Source: Chakrabartia sp.
GTDB taxonomy: Bacteria; Pseudomonadota; Alphaproteobacteria; Sphingomonadales; Sphingomonadaceae
Assembly (NCBI GenBank): GCA_046074265.1
Contig: JBJTNW010000012.1
Location: 21,594-85,593 of the forward strand
Direction of reading: 5' to 3'
DNA length: 64,000 bases
Part shown: piece by piece, positions 1-10,650 of the stretch
Numbering within the stretch: the first letter of the stretch is position 1
How the letters are laid out: the number at the start of each line of letters is the position of its first letter
Program-made: the position numbers and the translations under genes
The notes under the pieces: generated by a model
Seen by the model: only the letters and a program-made list of their open reading frames with translations
Databases searched by the model: none
What the model was told of the DNA's origin: nothing

Positions 1-7
1 TGGGGCC

Positions 8-727
8 ATGCCGCTGCTGGGGCTTGGGGCCGCACATCTACTGCCGGACTTTCTGCCGCCAGAGCTGTGGCTGGGCGTCTTGTTTTTATGTGCGTTGCCA
101 TCCACCGTTCAGGCGGCGATTGCGTCGTCCTCGATGGCGGGGGGCAATGTGGCCGCCTCGGTTATCGCCGCCGCTCTTTCCAACCTCGCGGGCGTTTTGC
201 TGACACCGCTTTTGCTGGCGGGCCTGGCCCATGCGGCAGTTGGTACCGGAGATGTGTCGGCGGTTACCCGGATCGCAACCTTGCTGCTGCTGCCCTTTGT
301 GCTCGGCCAGTTGGCCCGCGTGCGACTGGCTGACTGGGCGGAACGAAACCGCGGCTGGATTGGCCGGCTTGATCGCCTGACCATCCTGATCACCGTTTAT
401 GTCGCTTTCAGCGCGGCGGTTGTGGATGGCCTATGGCATCGGATTAATGGCGCAGACATGGCCCGTCTCGTCGCGCTGGTTCTTGTCCTGCTCGGGTTTG
501 CGCTGGGCCTTGCCTGGGGCCTTGGTCGGGTGTTGGGGCTGTCGCGGGCCGACCGGATCACGCTGCTTTTTTCTGGCGCGCAGAAAAGTTTGGCAACGGG
601 CGCACCGATGGCGCGGATCCTTTTTCCGGCGGCGCAAGCGGGCATGATCGTGCTGCCGCTGATGCTCTACCATCAGCTTCAATTGACGGTCTCTGCCTGG
701 ATCGCTGCACGGCTTGCACAAAAATGA
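8..727 (+). CDS. Bile acid:sodium symporter (SBF-like) family transporter, 5'-truncated by window edge
   Basis: Hydrophobic multi-TM ORF with LPSTVQAAIA...AGGNVA and QKSLATGAPMA motifs; frame is open upstream of the ATG at 8 to the window edge. Confidence 0.8.
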   Translation: MPLLGLGAAHLLPDFLPPELWLGVLFLCALPSTVQAAIASSSMAGGNVAASVIAAALSNLAGVLLTPLLLAGLAHAAVGTGDVSAVTRIATLLLLPFVLGQLARVRLADWAERNRGWIGRLDRLTILITVYVAFSAAVVDGLWHRINGADMARLVALVLVLLGFALGLAWGLGRVLGLSRADRITLLFSGAQKSLATGAPMARILFPAAQAGMIVLPLMLYHQLQLTVSAWIAARLAQK

Positions 728-763
728 TCGAAATTTATGGCATTCAAGGTTAGGGGCGGCTGC

Positions 764-1690
764 ATGACTGCCGCTGAGCCGACCCGAATTGCCATTTTGC
801 TCCCCTGCTTCAACGAGGCAGCGGCCATCGGCCAGACCATTAATGAGTTTCGCGCCGCGCTGCCCGAGGCGCAGATCTATGTTTATGATAATAACAGCAG
901 CGACGGCACGGCAGAGATTGCGCGCGCGGCCGGCGCGATTGTCCGGACAGAGCGGATGCAGGGTAAGGGCCATGTTGTCCGCCGGATGTTTGCCGATGTT
1001 GATGCCGATATTTACGTCATGGCCGATGGCGATGCGACCTATGAGGCCGCAGCCGCGCCGGGCTTGATTGCCCTGTTGCGCGACGAGCAGCTGGATATGG
1101 TGGTCGGCGCGCGCAAGTCAGAAGTAGAAGCGGCTTATCGGCCCGGCCATCGCTTGGGCAACAAGCTGCTGACCGGTATGCTTGCCTGGCTCTTTGGGCG
1201 CACCTTCACCGATATCCTGTCCGGCTACCGGGTTTTTTCGCGGCGCTTTGTCAAAAGCTTTCCGGTCCTTTCCGAAGGCTTTGAGATCGAGACGGAAATT
1301 AGCGTGCATGCGCTGGAGTTGCGCATGCCCGTTGCCGAGCGGGTGACCGCTTATGCCGCCCGGCCGGAAGGTTCTGCCTCCAAGCTCAACACCTATCGCG
1401 ATGGCTGGCGCATCCTCCGGATGATCCTGACCTTGTTCCGGATTGAAAAGCCGCTTGTCTTTTTTGGCTTGATCGGCGGACTGCTGGCGCTGGTTTCCAT
1501 CGGCATCAGCGTGCCCTTGTTCGTCACCTATCTGGAAACCGGCCTGGTGCCGCGCTTTCCAACGGCGATTTTGGCGACGGGCATCATGCTCTTGGCGTTC
1601 CTCAACGGCTTTTGCGGCCTGATCCTTGATACGGTTGTGCGCGGGCGGCGCGAAGTGCGGCGGCTGGCCTATCTGGCGGTAAAGGCCTGA
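764..1690 (+). CDS. GT2 polyprenol-phosphate glycosyltransferase (DPM1/GtrB-like) with two C-terminal TM helices
   Basis: IAILLPCFNE, VYDNNSSDGT, ADGD (DxD), DILSGYR, FEIETE motifs; ATG at 764 chosen over 737. Confidence 0.85.
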   Translation: MTAAEPTRIAILLPCFNEAAAIGQTINEFRAALPEAQIYVYDNNSSDGTAEIARAAGAIVRTERMQGKGHVVRRMFADVDADIYVMADGDATYEAAAAPGLIALLRDEQLDMVVGARKSEVEAAYRPGHRLGNKLLTGMLAWLFGRTFTDILSGYRVFSRRFVKSFPVLSEGFEIETEISVHALELRMPVAERVTAYAARPEGSASKLNTYRDGWRILRMILTLFRIEKPLVFFGLIGGLLALVSIGISVPLFVTYLETGLVPRFPTAILATGIMLLAFLNGFCGLILDTVVRGRREVRRLAYLAVKA

Positions 1691-1698
1691 GGCGCGCC

Positions 1699-3201
1699 AT
1701 GTCGCCTTTGGGATTAAAGTCGGGCGCAGAGCGCCTGCTCTGGCTGTTTCTGGCGCTGCTTTCAGCGGTGCCGTTCCTCGTCGCGCCGCTGCCTATCCTG
1801 CCGGACTTGTTTACCCATATTGGTCGCTATCATGTGATGACGCACGAGGCAGACCGATGGCTTGCCCAATATTACGCGTTTGACTGGCACATCCTCGGCA
1901 ATTTGGGCGTTGATCTGCTGATGGTCTGGCTCGGCCCGCTCTTGGGCACGGAAAAGGCGGCCTATCTGATCGCCGCGGCCTTGCCGCCGCTGACCGTGCT
2001 GGGCCTGTATCGGCTGGCGCGGGCGCGCTACGGCCATGTCCCCGCGCCGGCTTATGCCGCGTTGCTGCCGGTGTGGAGCTTCACCTTCTTTCATGGCTTT
2101 GTGAATTACTGGCTTGGCTTGGCGTTGGCCTTGCATGTGGCGGCAGCATGGCTTTGGGTTCGGCAGCGGCCAATCTCGATAAGCCTGCCCTTCGCCTTGG
2201 CGGCGGCGCTGCTCGTCTGGCTCTGCCATACATCGGCTTGGGGGGTGCTGGGCCTAATCGTGGCGGCCATTGAATTTTCCGACCGCCGCAACTTCCAAAG
2301 CTTTTGCGCAAAGATGCTGCCTTGGGCGGTCCCGCTTGTGCCGATGTTGGTCTGGCGCGCGACCAAGGGCGGGGGCGATCTGGTCGCAAGCTGGAACCTG
2401 CATGAAAAGCTGCGCGGGATTGAAAATCTGTTGCGGGCCGAATGGCAGGAATTTGATATTGCAAGCGTTGCCCTGCTTATTCTTCTGGCTCTGTGGCTGC
2501 ATATTGACCGGCGGGTTGTCCGCGATCCCGCTTTTCGGTTGGCAGCATTGGGCCTGTTGATTGCGGCGGTGGCGCTGCCGTCGACGGTTCTCAGCTCTTA
2601 TTTTGCAGACGTTCGGCTCTATGCGCCGCTGTTGATGATTGCGCTTCTGGCGGTGTCTGGACTGCCGCGCCGCATGGGGCTGGCGGTCGCCTTGGCCGGG
2701 TTGCTGCTATTTGGCGTTCGGGTGGCCGAGACATCCATCGGCTGGATCCAGCGCGGCAATGAGATTGAGGAAGATCTGGCCGCTTTGAATGTTGTGCCCA
2801 TGGGCGCGCGCATTGCGGTTCTGGCGCACAGCAGCGAATGCGGCGTGTGGCCGCTTGCCGGGCGCAACCATGCGCCCAGCCTCGCCATCCCGCGCCGCCA
2901 TGCCTTTGTGAACACCCAATGGGATATCCCCGGCCAGCATTTGATGCGGCCCATCTATAATGACGGACGCGGCTTTAATGATTCGCGCTCGGTGGAATTG
3001 TTCAATCCGGCCTTTGGCTGCCCCGGTTTTCGCGTCCGCACCTTTTTGCGCTATCTGCCGCGCGACCGGTTTGATTATGTCTGGATATGGGAAGCCGAAG
3101 CGCCCGCAGCGGCGCTGGACTGGCTGACACCCGTCTATACCGGCCCGACCTCGCGCCTTTATGCCATCCGTAAAAGTCCTAATCCCGCAACAGGGGGTTG
3201 A
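1699..3201 (+). CDS. Polytopic membrane protein, putative GT-C-fold glycosyltransferase (paralog of 46754..48292)
   Basis: Many TM segments, N-terminal loop [13 protein letters not shown]...[24 protein letters not shown], soluble C-terminal domain; 8 bp after the GT2 gene. The GT-C call is inference. Confidence 0.55.
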   Translation: MSPLGLKSGAERLLWLFLALLSAVPFLVAPLPILPDLFTHIGRYHVMTHEADRWLAQYYAFDWHILGNLGVDLLMVWLGPLLGTEKAAYLIAAALPPLTVLGLYRLARARYGHVPAPAYAALLPVWSFTFFHGFVNYWLGLALALHVAAAWLWVRQRPISISLPFALAAALLVWLCHTSAWGVLGLIVAAIEFSDRRNFQSFCAKMLPWAVPLVPMLVWRATKGGGDLVASWNLHEKLRGIENLLRAEWQEFDIASVALLILLALWLHIDRRVVRDPAFRLAALGLLIAAVALPSTVLSSYFADVRLYAPLLMIALLAVSGLPRRMGLAVALAGLLLFGVRVAETSIGWIQRGNEIEEDLAALNVVPMGARIAVLAHSSECGVWPLAGRNHAPSLAIPRRHAFVNTQWDIPGQHLMRPIYNDGRGFNDSRSVELFNPAFGCPGFRVRTFLRYLPRDRFDYVWIWEAEAPAAALDWLTPVYTGPTSRLYAIRKSPNPATGG

Positions 3202-3254
3202 ACTTTCCGGCCCGAGCCCGAAATAAGGGTTCAAGAAACTACAAAGGACTGTCC

Positions 3255-3869
3255 ATGCACCCGCACGACGCGCTGATCCCCATCGTTATCGAACAATCGA
3301 ATCGCGGGGAGCGCAGCTTTGACATTTATTCGCGGCTTTTGCGGGAACGCATCGTCTTTGTGACGGGCGGGATTGAGGACAATATGGCGTCGGTCATCGT
3401 CGCCCAGTTGCTGTTCCTCGAGTCGGAAAATCCGAAGAAGGATATCTGGATGTACATTAATTCGCCGGGCGGGGTCGTCACGGCGGGCATGGCGATCCAC
3501 GATACGATGCAATATATTCGGCCCAAAGTGGGCACGGTGTGCGTTGGGCAGGCCGCGTCGATGGGCTCTTTCCTCCTCTCGGCGGGGGAGCCGGGCATGC
3601 GCGTGGCGCTCACCAATTCGCGAATCATGATCCACCAGCCGTCGGGCGGGGCGCAGGGTCAGGCGACCGATATTGCCATTCAGGCGCAGGAAATCCTGCG
3701 GATTCGCGCGAGCATGAACAAGCTCTATTCGCAATATACGGGCAAGGATATCGAGACGATCGAGAAGGCGATGGAGCGCGATAATTTTATGACCGCGCTT
3801 GAGGCCAAGGATTTCGGTCTTATCGACGCCGTGTTCGATAAGCGCCCGGAAGCAACAGAAGAAGCATAA
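3255..3869 (+). CDS. clpP: ATP-dependent Clp protease proteolytic subunit
   Basis: [33 protein letters not shown] (catalytic Ser), IMIHQPSGG; AAAGGA RBS before ATG 3255. Confidence 0.97.
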   Translation: MHPHDALIPIVIEQSNRGERSFDIYSRLLRERIVFVTGGIEDNMASVIVAQLLFLESENPKKDIWMYINSPGGVVTAGMAIHDTMQYIRPKVGTVCVGQAASMGSFLLSAGEPGMRVALTNSRIMIHQPSGGAQGQATDIAIQAQEILRIRASMNKLYSQYTGKDIETIEKAMERDNFMTALEAKDFGLIDAVFDKRPEATEEA

Positions 3870-3965
3870 GGCTAAGCCGGCTGACGAGACAGTCAGCTGA
3901 AATTAAGCCATTGCCGCTATAAAATCTGATTGTAACATGGCCGCAAACGTGGCGGGAAGGTTCTG

Positions 3966-5237
3966 ATGACCAAGTTGAGCGGCAACGATACCAAGAGCAC
4001 GCTTTATTGCTCTTTCTGCGGAAAGTCGCAGCATGAGGTGCGCAAGCTCATTGCCGGGCCGACGGTATTCATCTGCGATGAATGCGTTGATCTGTGCAAC
4101 GACATTATCCGCGAGGAAACCAAATCAGCGCTCGTCTCCAAAAAGGATGGCGGCGTGCCGACCCCGGCAGAGATTTGCAAGGTGCTGGACGATTATGTGA
4201 TTGGCCAGTCCAAGGCCAAGCGCGTCCTCTCGGTGGCTGTTCACAACCATTATAAGCGGTTGAACCATGGCGCAAAGGGCGCGGATGTGGAACTTGCCAA
4301 GTCCAACATCCTGCTTGTCGGCCCCACGGGTTGCGGCAAGACGCTGCTCGCCCAGACGTTGGCGCGCATCCTTGATGTGCCCTTCACCATGGCCGACGCC
4401 ACGACGCTGACCGAAGCCGGCTATGTTGGGGAAGATGTTGAAAACATTATCCTGAAGCTGCTTCAGGCATCTGATTATAATGTGGAGCGGGCCCAGCGCG
4501 GGATCGTCTATATCGACGAAATCGACAAGATCAGCCGCAAGGCGGAAAACCCCTCCATCACCCGCGACGTGTCGGGCGAAGGCGTGCAGCAGGCGCTGTT
4601 GAAGATGATGGAAGGTACGGTTGCCAGCGTCCCGCCTCAGGGGGGGCGAAAGCACCCGCAGCAAGAATTTCTGCAAGTGGATACAACCAATATCCTCTTC
4701 ATCTGCGGCGGCGCCTTTGCGGGTCTTGAAAAGATCATCGCAGATCGCTTGCAGGGCAAGTCGATTGGCTTTGGCGCGCATGTCTCTGCCCCGGATGAAC
4801 GCCGCACCGGCGATATCTTGAAGCAGGGTGAGCCGGAAGATCTGCTGAAATACGGCCTGATCCCGGAATTTGTCGGGCGTCTGCCCGTTATCGCCACGTT
4901 GGAAGATCTGGATGTTGATGCGCTCGTCAAAATCCTGGTCGAACCCAAGAACGCGCTGGTGAAGCAGTATAAGAAGCTCTTCGAAATGGAAGAGGTGGAT
5001 CTCGACTTCACCGATGATGCGCTGACGGCCGTCGCCAAGCGCGCGATTGAACGCAAAACGGGCGCGCGCGGTCTCCGGTCCATCCTTGAGGGCATTTTGC
5101 TCGACACGATGTTCGACCTGCCGTCGATGGACGATGTCGATCAGGTGATGATCGACAAGGATGTCGTGGCCGGCACGAAAGAGCCGGTGCGGGTCTATGC
5201 GAAAAAGGCAAAGGAAGTGGCGGGCGACGCGGCCTAA
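3966..5237 (+). CDS. clpX: ATP-dependent Clp protease ATP-binding subunit ClpX
   Basis: CSFCGK zinc finger, GPTGCGKT Walker A, YIDEIDK Walker B, RKHP loop, GARGLR. Confidence 0.98.
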   Translation: MTKLSGNDTKSTLYCSFCGKSQHEVRKLIAGPTVFICDECVDLCNDIIREETKSALVSKKDGGVPTPAEICKVLDDYVIGQSKAKRVLSVAVHNHYKRLNHGAKGADVELAKSNILLVGPTGCGKTLLAQTLARILDVPFTMADATTLTEAGYVGEDVENIILKLLQASDYNVERAQRGIVYIDEIDKISRKAENPSITRDVSGEGVQQALLKMMEGTVASVPPQGGRKHPQQEFLQVDTTNILFICGGAFAGLEKIIADRLQGKSIGFGAHVSAPDERRTGDILKQGEPEDLLKYGLIPEFVGRLPVIATLEDLDVDALVKILVEPKNALVKQYKKLFEMEEVDLDFTDDALTAVAKRAIERKTGARGLRSILEGILLDTMFDLPSMDDVDQVMIDKDVVAGTKEPVRVYAKKAKEVAGDAA

Positions 5238-5266
5238 GGCGCCAACCCTGTGCTTTGGTATTCCTC

Positions 5267-5295
5267 AAAGGGTCGGGCCTAGCCCGGCCCTTTTT
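5267..5295 (+). terminator. Intrinsic terminator after clpX
   Basis: GGGTCGGGC-CTA-GCCCGGCCC stem followed by TTTTT; A-run on the 5' side. Confidence 0.8.
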
Positions 5296-5336
5296 GTATG
5301 TGCTAGCACTCCGGCAGATAATCAGAGGAGAGCCGA

Positions 5337-5813
5337 ATGTCCGTCCATGATTTCAGCGTGAAAAAGCCGGATGGCAGCGAGCAGAAGCTCGCCGATTTCA
5401 AGGGTGGGCCGATGCTGATCGTCAACACCGCCTCCAAATGCGGCTTTACCCCGCAATATAAGGGGCTGGAAGCGCTTCACCGCACCTATGGCCCAAAGGG
5501 GCTGACCGTGATCGGCTTTCCCTGCAACCAGTTCGGCGCGCAAGAGCCGGGCGATGCAGAGGAAATTAAGAATTTCTGTTCGCTCACTTATGACGTCACC
5601 TTTCCCCTGATGGCGAAGATTGAGGTGAACGGCCCGGGCGCCGACCCGCTTTATGAGCATCTGAAAGCGGAAAAGCCGGGCGTGCTGGGCACCAAGGGCA
5701 TCAAGTGGAATTTCACGAAATTCCTGATCGACAAAAACGGCAAAGTTGTTGGCCGCTATGCGCCAACGGATAAGCCCGAGGCGCTGGCCAAGGATATTGA
5801 AAAGCTGTTGTGA
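5337..5813 (+). CDS. Glutathione peroxidase family protein (Cys type)
   Basis: VNTASKCGFTPQY, GFPCNQFGAQEPG, IKWNFTKFL motifs. Confidence 0.93.
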   Translation: MSVHDFSVKKPDGSEQKLADFKGGPMLIVNTASKCGFTPQYKGLEALHRTYGPKGLTVIGFPCNQFGAQEPGDAEEIKNFCSLTYDVTFPLMAKIEVNGPGADPLYEHLKAEKPGVLGTKGIKWNFTKFLIDKNGKVVGRYAPTDKPEALAKDIEKLL

Positions 5814-5908
5814 GGATTAGGGGAGGGACCAACGCCCTTCTCATTTTATCCCCAACTCCCTCAGCCGAATCGGTTAACATCCTGAAGGGCCGCGCCTAAG
5901 CTTTGCTT

Positions 5909-8900
5909 ATGCCGTTTTCGCCCTTCGTTCCTTTGCGCGTCTTTTCCGCCTTTACCATGTTGGAAGGCGCGATCACGCCCAAGGATATCGCGAAGCGCAC
6001 CAAGGAACTTGGGTTTCCCGCTGTCGCCTTGTGCGACCGTAACGGCCTGTATGCAGCGCCCCAAATTTCAGATGCGTGCAAAAGCGCGGGTGTCCAGCCG
6101 ATTATCGGGACGCTTTTGTGCGTGCTGCGCCCCGGCCGCCCTGAAGGCACGAGCCCGGTTTATGATTGGCTGGCTCTCTATGCGCAGGATGAGGCGGGCT
6201 ATGATAATTTATGTGCGCTGGTATCGGCCGCGCACCTCGACCGGCCTGTGGAAGAGCCGCCCCATGTCCGCTGGGAAAAGCTGGCCAAGCATAACCAAGG
6301 CCTGATTGCGCTGACCGCCGGCGGCGAAGGCGCGCTTTGCCGCTTGTTGGCGGAAGATCAGCCAGCTGCTGCCCAAGATTATGCCCGGGCGCTGACCGAC
6401 CTGTTTCCCAACCGGCTCTACATAGAAATCTCGCGGCGGCTTGATCCGGTGGAAGGCGCGTCAGAAGCAGCCCTGCTTGACCTTGCTTATGCGATGGACT
6501 TGCCGCTCGTCGCGACCAATCCGGCTTGTTATGCAGAGGCCGATTTTCACGCCGCGCATGATGCGATGTTGTGCATTTCGGCAAGCGCTTATCTGGAAAG
6601 CGAAGACCGGCCCCGCAGTTCTCCCGATGCGTGGATGAAGCCTGCCAAGGACATGCAGCGCCTGTTTGAGGACCTGCCCGAGGCGCTCGCCAATACGCTG
6701 GTCGTGGCGCAACGCTGTGCGGTGATGGCGCCCAAGCGCGCGCCGATTTTGCCAACGGTGGGCGACAAGGATGGCGAGGCAGACCAGCTGCGCATTGATG
6801 CCAGAGCGGGGCTTGAAAAGCGGTTGGAGCTCATCCCGGATGCGGACCGCGACGCCTATTTTGAACGGCTGGATTTTGAGCTCAACGTCATCATCCAGAT
6901 GGGCTTTCCCGGCTATTTCCTCATCGTTGCCGATTTCATCAAATGGGCGAAAGATCAGGGGATTGCGGTGGGGCCGGGCCGTGGTTCTGGCGCGGGTTCG
7001 GTCGTCGCCTGGGCGCTGACCATCACCGATCTGGATCCGATCAAACTGGGCCTGCTGTTCGAACGCTTCCTGAACCCGGAACGCGTGTCCATGCCAGACT
7101 TCGACATCGACTTTTGCGAAACGCGGCGGGGCGAAGTCATCCGCTATGTTCAGCAGAAATATGGCAGCGACCATGTGGCCCAAATCATCACCTTTGGGAC
7201 GATGAAGGCGCGCGCGGTGTTGAAGGATACCGGCCGGGTTCTTCAGATGAGCTATGGGCAGATGGATCGGCTGGCAAAGCTTGTCCCCAACCATCCGACC
7301 GACCCGTGGACGCTCGACCGCGCGTTGAACGGCGTGCCGGAACTGGCGGCTGAATATAAGAATGAATATCAGGTCCGGCAGTTGCTTGATCTGGCGATGA
7401 AGCTGGAAGGCCTGCCGCGCCACAGCTCCACCCATGCTGCGGGCGTGGTGATCGGGGACCGCCCGCTTGACCAGCTGGTCCCGCTCTATCGCGATCCGCG
7501 CTCGGATATGCCCGTCACCCAGTTCGACATGAAATATGTTGAGGGCGCGGGGCTGGTGAAGTTTGACTTTCTGGGCCTCAAAACCCTGTCGGTCATCCAG
7601 CGCGCGCTGGAACTCATCGCGCGGCGCACGGGCGATCGGCCCGATCTGGATACCCTCAGCTGGGATGATGAAGGCGTTTATGCGCTGCTCCAAAAGGGTG
7701 ACACGGTTGGCGTGTTCCAGCTGGAATCGGAAGGGATGCGCCGCACGCTGGCCGCCGTCCGCCCCTCAAATTTTGGCGATATCATCGCGCTCGTTTCGCT
7801 CTATCGCCCGGGCCCGATGGATAACATCCCGCTCTTTGGCGACCGCAAGAACGGCCGCGTGCCCATCGAATATCCGCACCCGCTGCTCGAAGGCATTCTG
7901 TCGGAAACCTATGGCATCTTCGTCTATCAAGAACAGGTGATGCAGGCCGCGCAAATCTTGGCCGGCTATACGCTGGGTGGCGCCGATATGCTGCGCCGCG
8001 CGATGGGCAAGAAGATCAAGGCGGAAATGGATGAACAACGTGCCATTTTCGTGAAGGGCTGTGCCGACCATCACGCAATTGACGCGGCCAAGGCGAACGA
8101 ATTGTTCGACTTGATCGACAAGTTCGCGGGCTATGGCTTCAACAAGTCGCACGCCGCCGCTTATGCGCTGCTCGCCTATCAGACGGCGTGGCTAAAGGCC
8201 CATTACCCGGCGGACTTCTTCGCCGCCTCGATGAGCTTTGATATCTCCAACACCGACAAGCTCTCCATCTTCATGGATGATATGCGCCGTCTGGGTGTGC
8301 CTGCGCTCGCGCCGTGCATCAACCAGAGCGGCGCGGATTTTGAAGTCCATCCTGCGGAAGAAGGGCTGGCCGTGCGCTATGCCTTGGGCGCGCTTAAAGG
8401 TGTGGGCGAAGGCGCGATGGAGCAGATTGTGGCCGAGCGGAGCGCCAAGGGGGCCTTTGCCTCGCTCGATGATTTTGCCGACCGCATCAGCCCGCGTCTC
8501 GTCAACCGTCGCCAGATTGAAAGTCTGGCCGCTGCCGGGGCCTTTGATGCGCTGGAGCCAAACCGGGCGGGCGTCCATGCCATGGCAGAAACCATCCTCG
8601 CCGTCGCCGCCTCGGCCGAGGCGGCGCGAACAAGCGGGCAGGGTGGCCTGTTTGGCGGCGATGATCATAAGGTAGATGCGATCAAGCTGCCCGCCAATGC
8701 CCATTGGTCGCTTGCGGACCGGATGATGCAGGAACGCGAATCCTTCGGCTTTTATTTTTCGGCGCATCCGGTGGACCGCTATCGCCATGTGGCGACCGCG
8801 CATGGCGCGCGCACCTATGCTGCGCTTTGCGCCCAGCCCGCGCCGGCCGATGGCGCGCGCACGGGCGGCGTGATGGCGGTGTTGGTGGAAGATGTGCGGT

Positions 8901-9385
8901 GGCGCACCTCGGCCCGCGGCCGGCGCTATGCCAATTGCGCGATGTCGGATGCGACCGGCCAGTTTATCGCCAGCTGCTTTGACGAACTGACCGCCAAGGA
9001 ACTGGAAGAAGCCGCCAAGAACAATGTCTGCGGCTTGCTGACGGTGGAACTTGATCGCCAGCCGGGGGAAGAAACCCCGCGCATCACCGTGAAGCGCCTT
9101 CAGCCGCTTGAGGGGCTTGCCGCAAACAGCCGATTAAAGGCGGTGGTCCGCACCTCCAGCCAAAACGCGCTGCTAGCGCTTGCCGCGCTGTTGGGCGGCG
9201 AAAGCGGCGGGCGCGGTGAAATCATCGTTGAGGCCGAGGTGGAAGGCGGGCGGCGGGCGACCCTGCGGCTTGGGCGGACCTTTGCGCTCGATGCCGACCT
9301 TGCTGCGCGGATCGAAGCGATTGACGGCGTTGACGATGTAACGCTGTCCGCGGCAGACGGGCCAAGGCTGGCGCTGGTGTCCTGA
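5909..9385 (+). CDS. dnaE: DNA polymerase III alpha subunit
   Basis: N-terminal PHP domain, GPGRGSGAGS, RVSMPDFDIDF catalytic motif, STHAAG, KFDFLGL, FAGYGFNKSHA, C-terminal OB fold. Confidence 0.97.
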   Translation: MPFSPFVPLRVFSAFTMLEGAITPKDIAKRTKELGFPAVALCDRNGLYAAPQISDACKSAGVQPIIGTLLCVLRPGRPEGTSPVYDWLALYAQDEAGYDNLCALVSAAHLDRPVEEPPHVRWEKLAKHNQGLIALTAGGEGALCRLLAEDQPAAAQDYARALTDLFPNRLYIEISRRLDPVEGASEAALLDLAYAMDLPLVATNPACYAEADFHAAHDAMLCISASAYLESEDRPRSSPDAWMKPAKDMQRLFEDLPEALANTLVVAQRCAVMAPKRAPILPTVGDKDGEADQLRIDARAGLEKRLELIPDADRDAYFERLDFELNVIIQMGFPGYFLIVADFIKWAKDQGIAVGPGRGSGAGSVVAWALTITDLDPIKLGLLFERFLNPERVSMPDFDIDFCETRRGEVIRYVQQKYGSDHVAQIITFGTMKARAVLKDTGRVLQMSYGQMDRLAKLVPNHPTDPWTLDRALNGVPELAAEYKNEYQVRQLLDLAMKLEGLPRHSSTHAAGVVIGDRPLDQLVPLYRDPRSDMPVTQFDMKYVEGAGLVKFDFLGLKTLSVIQRALELIARRTGDRPDLDTLSWDDEGVYALLQKGDTVGVFQLESEGMRRTLAAVRPSNFGDIIALVSLYRPGPMDNIPLFGDRKNGRVPIEYPHPLLEGILSETYGIFVYQEQVMQAAQILAGYTLGGADMLRRAMGKKIKAEMDEQRAIFVKGCADHHAIDAAKANELFDLIDKFAGYGFNKSHAAAYALLAYQTAWLKAHYPADFFAASMSFDISNTDKLSIFMDDMRRLGVPALAPCINQSGADFEVHPAEEGLAVRYALGALKGVGEGAMEQIVAERSAKGAFASLDDFADRISPRLVNRRQIESLAAAGAFDALEPNRAGVHAMAETILAVAASAEAARTSGQGGLFGGDDHKVDAIKLPANAHWSLADRMMQERESFGFYFSAHPVDRYRHVATAHGARTYAALCAQPAPADGARTGGVMAVLVEDVRWRTSARGRRYANCAMSDATGQFIASCFDELTAKELEEAAKNNVCGLLTVELDRQPGEETPRITVKRLQPLEGLAANSRLKAVVRTSSQNALLALAALLGGESGGRGEIIVEAEVEGGRRATLRLGRTFALDADLAARIEAIDGVDDVTLSAADGPRLALVS

Positions 9386-9387
9386 GC

Positions 9388-10632
9388 TTAAGCGTCGGCG
9401 AACAGCAGGACCGGCGTTTCCAAAAGTTTCTTCACGGCCTGCACAAAGCTGGCCGCATCCCAGCCATCAACGACACGGTGGTCGCAGCTGATAGAAAGGT
9501 TCATCAGCTTGGCGCGGACAATCTGATCGCCCTTGAAAACCGGGCGCTCGATAATCCGGTTGGGGCCGATGATCGCGACTTCGGGGCGGTTGATGACGGG
9601 CGTTGTCGCCACGCCGCCCAAGGGCCCCAGCGATGTGAGCGTGAGGGTTGATCCGCTCAACTCGTCTGACTTGGCCTTGCCAGTGCGGGCGGCGTCGGCG
9701 AGCCGGGCAATGTCGCGCGCCAATTGCCAGATATTCTGCGCCTGTGCATTGCGCAGCACGGGTACCATCAGTCCCGCCTCGGTCTGGGTCGCCAAGCCCA
9801 GATGCACTGCACCATAGCGGGTCACCACCCCGGCCTCGTCATCAAAGCGGGCATTGAGCATCGGAAAGTCCGGCAGAGCCTTGCAGATCGCGACGATCAG
9901 AAGCGGCAGCAGCGTCAATTTGGGCCGGTCGCCCCGATGGGCATTGAGGTCCGCCCGCATCGCCTCCAGCGCGGTCACGTCGATCTCATCAACATAGCTG
10001 AAATGCGGGATGTGCCGCTTCGAGGCCGCCATATTTTCTGCGATCCTCCGGCGCAGGCCGACAACCTTGATCGCTTCATCCGGCCGGGGGAGCGGGGCCA
10101 CCCCATAGCCTTGGTGGCCGTGATAGCCCAAATAGGCGTCAAGATCGGCATGGCGGATGCGATGACCTTCGCGCGGCTTGACGGCGCTCAGGTCAATTCC
10201 CAGATCGCGCGCCCGAGCCCGGACAGCGGGGGAGGCAAGCGCATGACGGCCGGGGGACGGCACCTCAATTTCGGTCGCATCGGGATGCGGGTCGGGGACA
10301 AATCGGGGCTCGGGCAGCGGGGCTTCTGCTTCTGCTTCCGGCGGCGTTACATGGGCCTGGGGGGAGGGGGAGGGCGCAGCTTCTTCTTCAGCGTCAGTTT
10401 CGATGATAAGCAGCGGGGCGCCAATCGCCACCATGTCACCCACGGCGCCCGCAATCTCCACAACCGTGCCCGTTACCGGTGATTCCATTTCAACGGTGGC
10501 CTTATCGGTCATCATATCGGCGACGGGCTGGTCTTCTGTCACGCGATCACCGGGCTGGACATGCCAGGCGACAATCTCTGCTTCGGCAATGCCTTCGCCG
10601 ATATCAGGCAGACGAAATTCAAAGCGCGCCAT
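9388..10632 (-). CDS. bkdB: Branched-chain 2-oxoacid dehydrogenase E2 (dihydrolipoamide acyltransferase)
   Basis: Lipoyl domain MTDKATVE, E3-binding ASPAVR, catalytic DHRVVDG; operon with E1 alpha/beta. Confidence 0.9.
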   Translation of the reverse strand: MARFEFRLPDIGEGIAEAEIVAWHVQPGDRVTEDQPVADMMTDKATVEMESPVTGTVVEIAGAVGDMVAIGAPLLIIETDAEEEAAPSPSPQAHVTPPEAEAEAPLPEPRFVPDPHPDATEIEVPSPGRHALASPAVRARARDLGIDLSAVKPREGHRIRHADLDAYLGYHGHQGYGVAPLPRPDEAIKVVGLRRRIAENMAASKRHIPHFSYVDEIDVTALEAMRADLNAHRGDRPKLTLLPLLIVAICKALPDFPMLNARFDDEAGVVTRYGAVHLGLATQTEAGLMVPVLRNAQAQNIWQLARDIARLADAARTGKAKSDELSGSTLTLTSLGPLGGVATTPVINRPEVAIIGPNRIIERPVFKGDQIVRAKLMNLSISCDHRVVDGWDAASFVQAVKKLLETPVLLFADA

Positions 10633-10650
10633 GGTCGTTCCTTTTGATCT

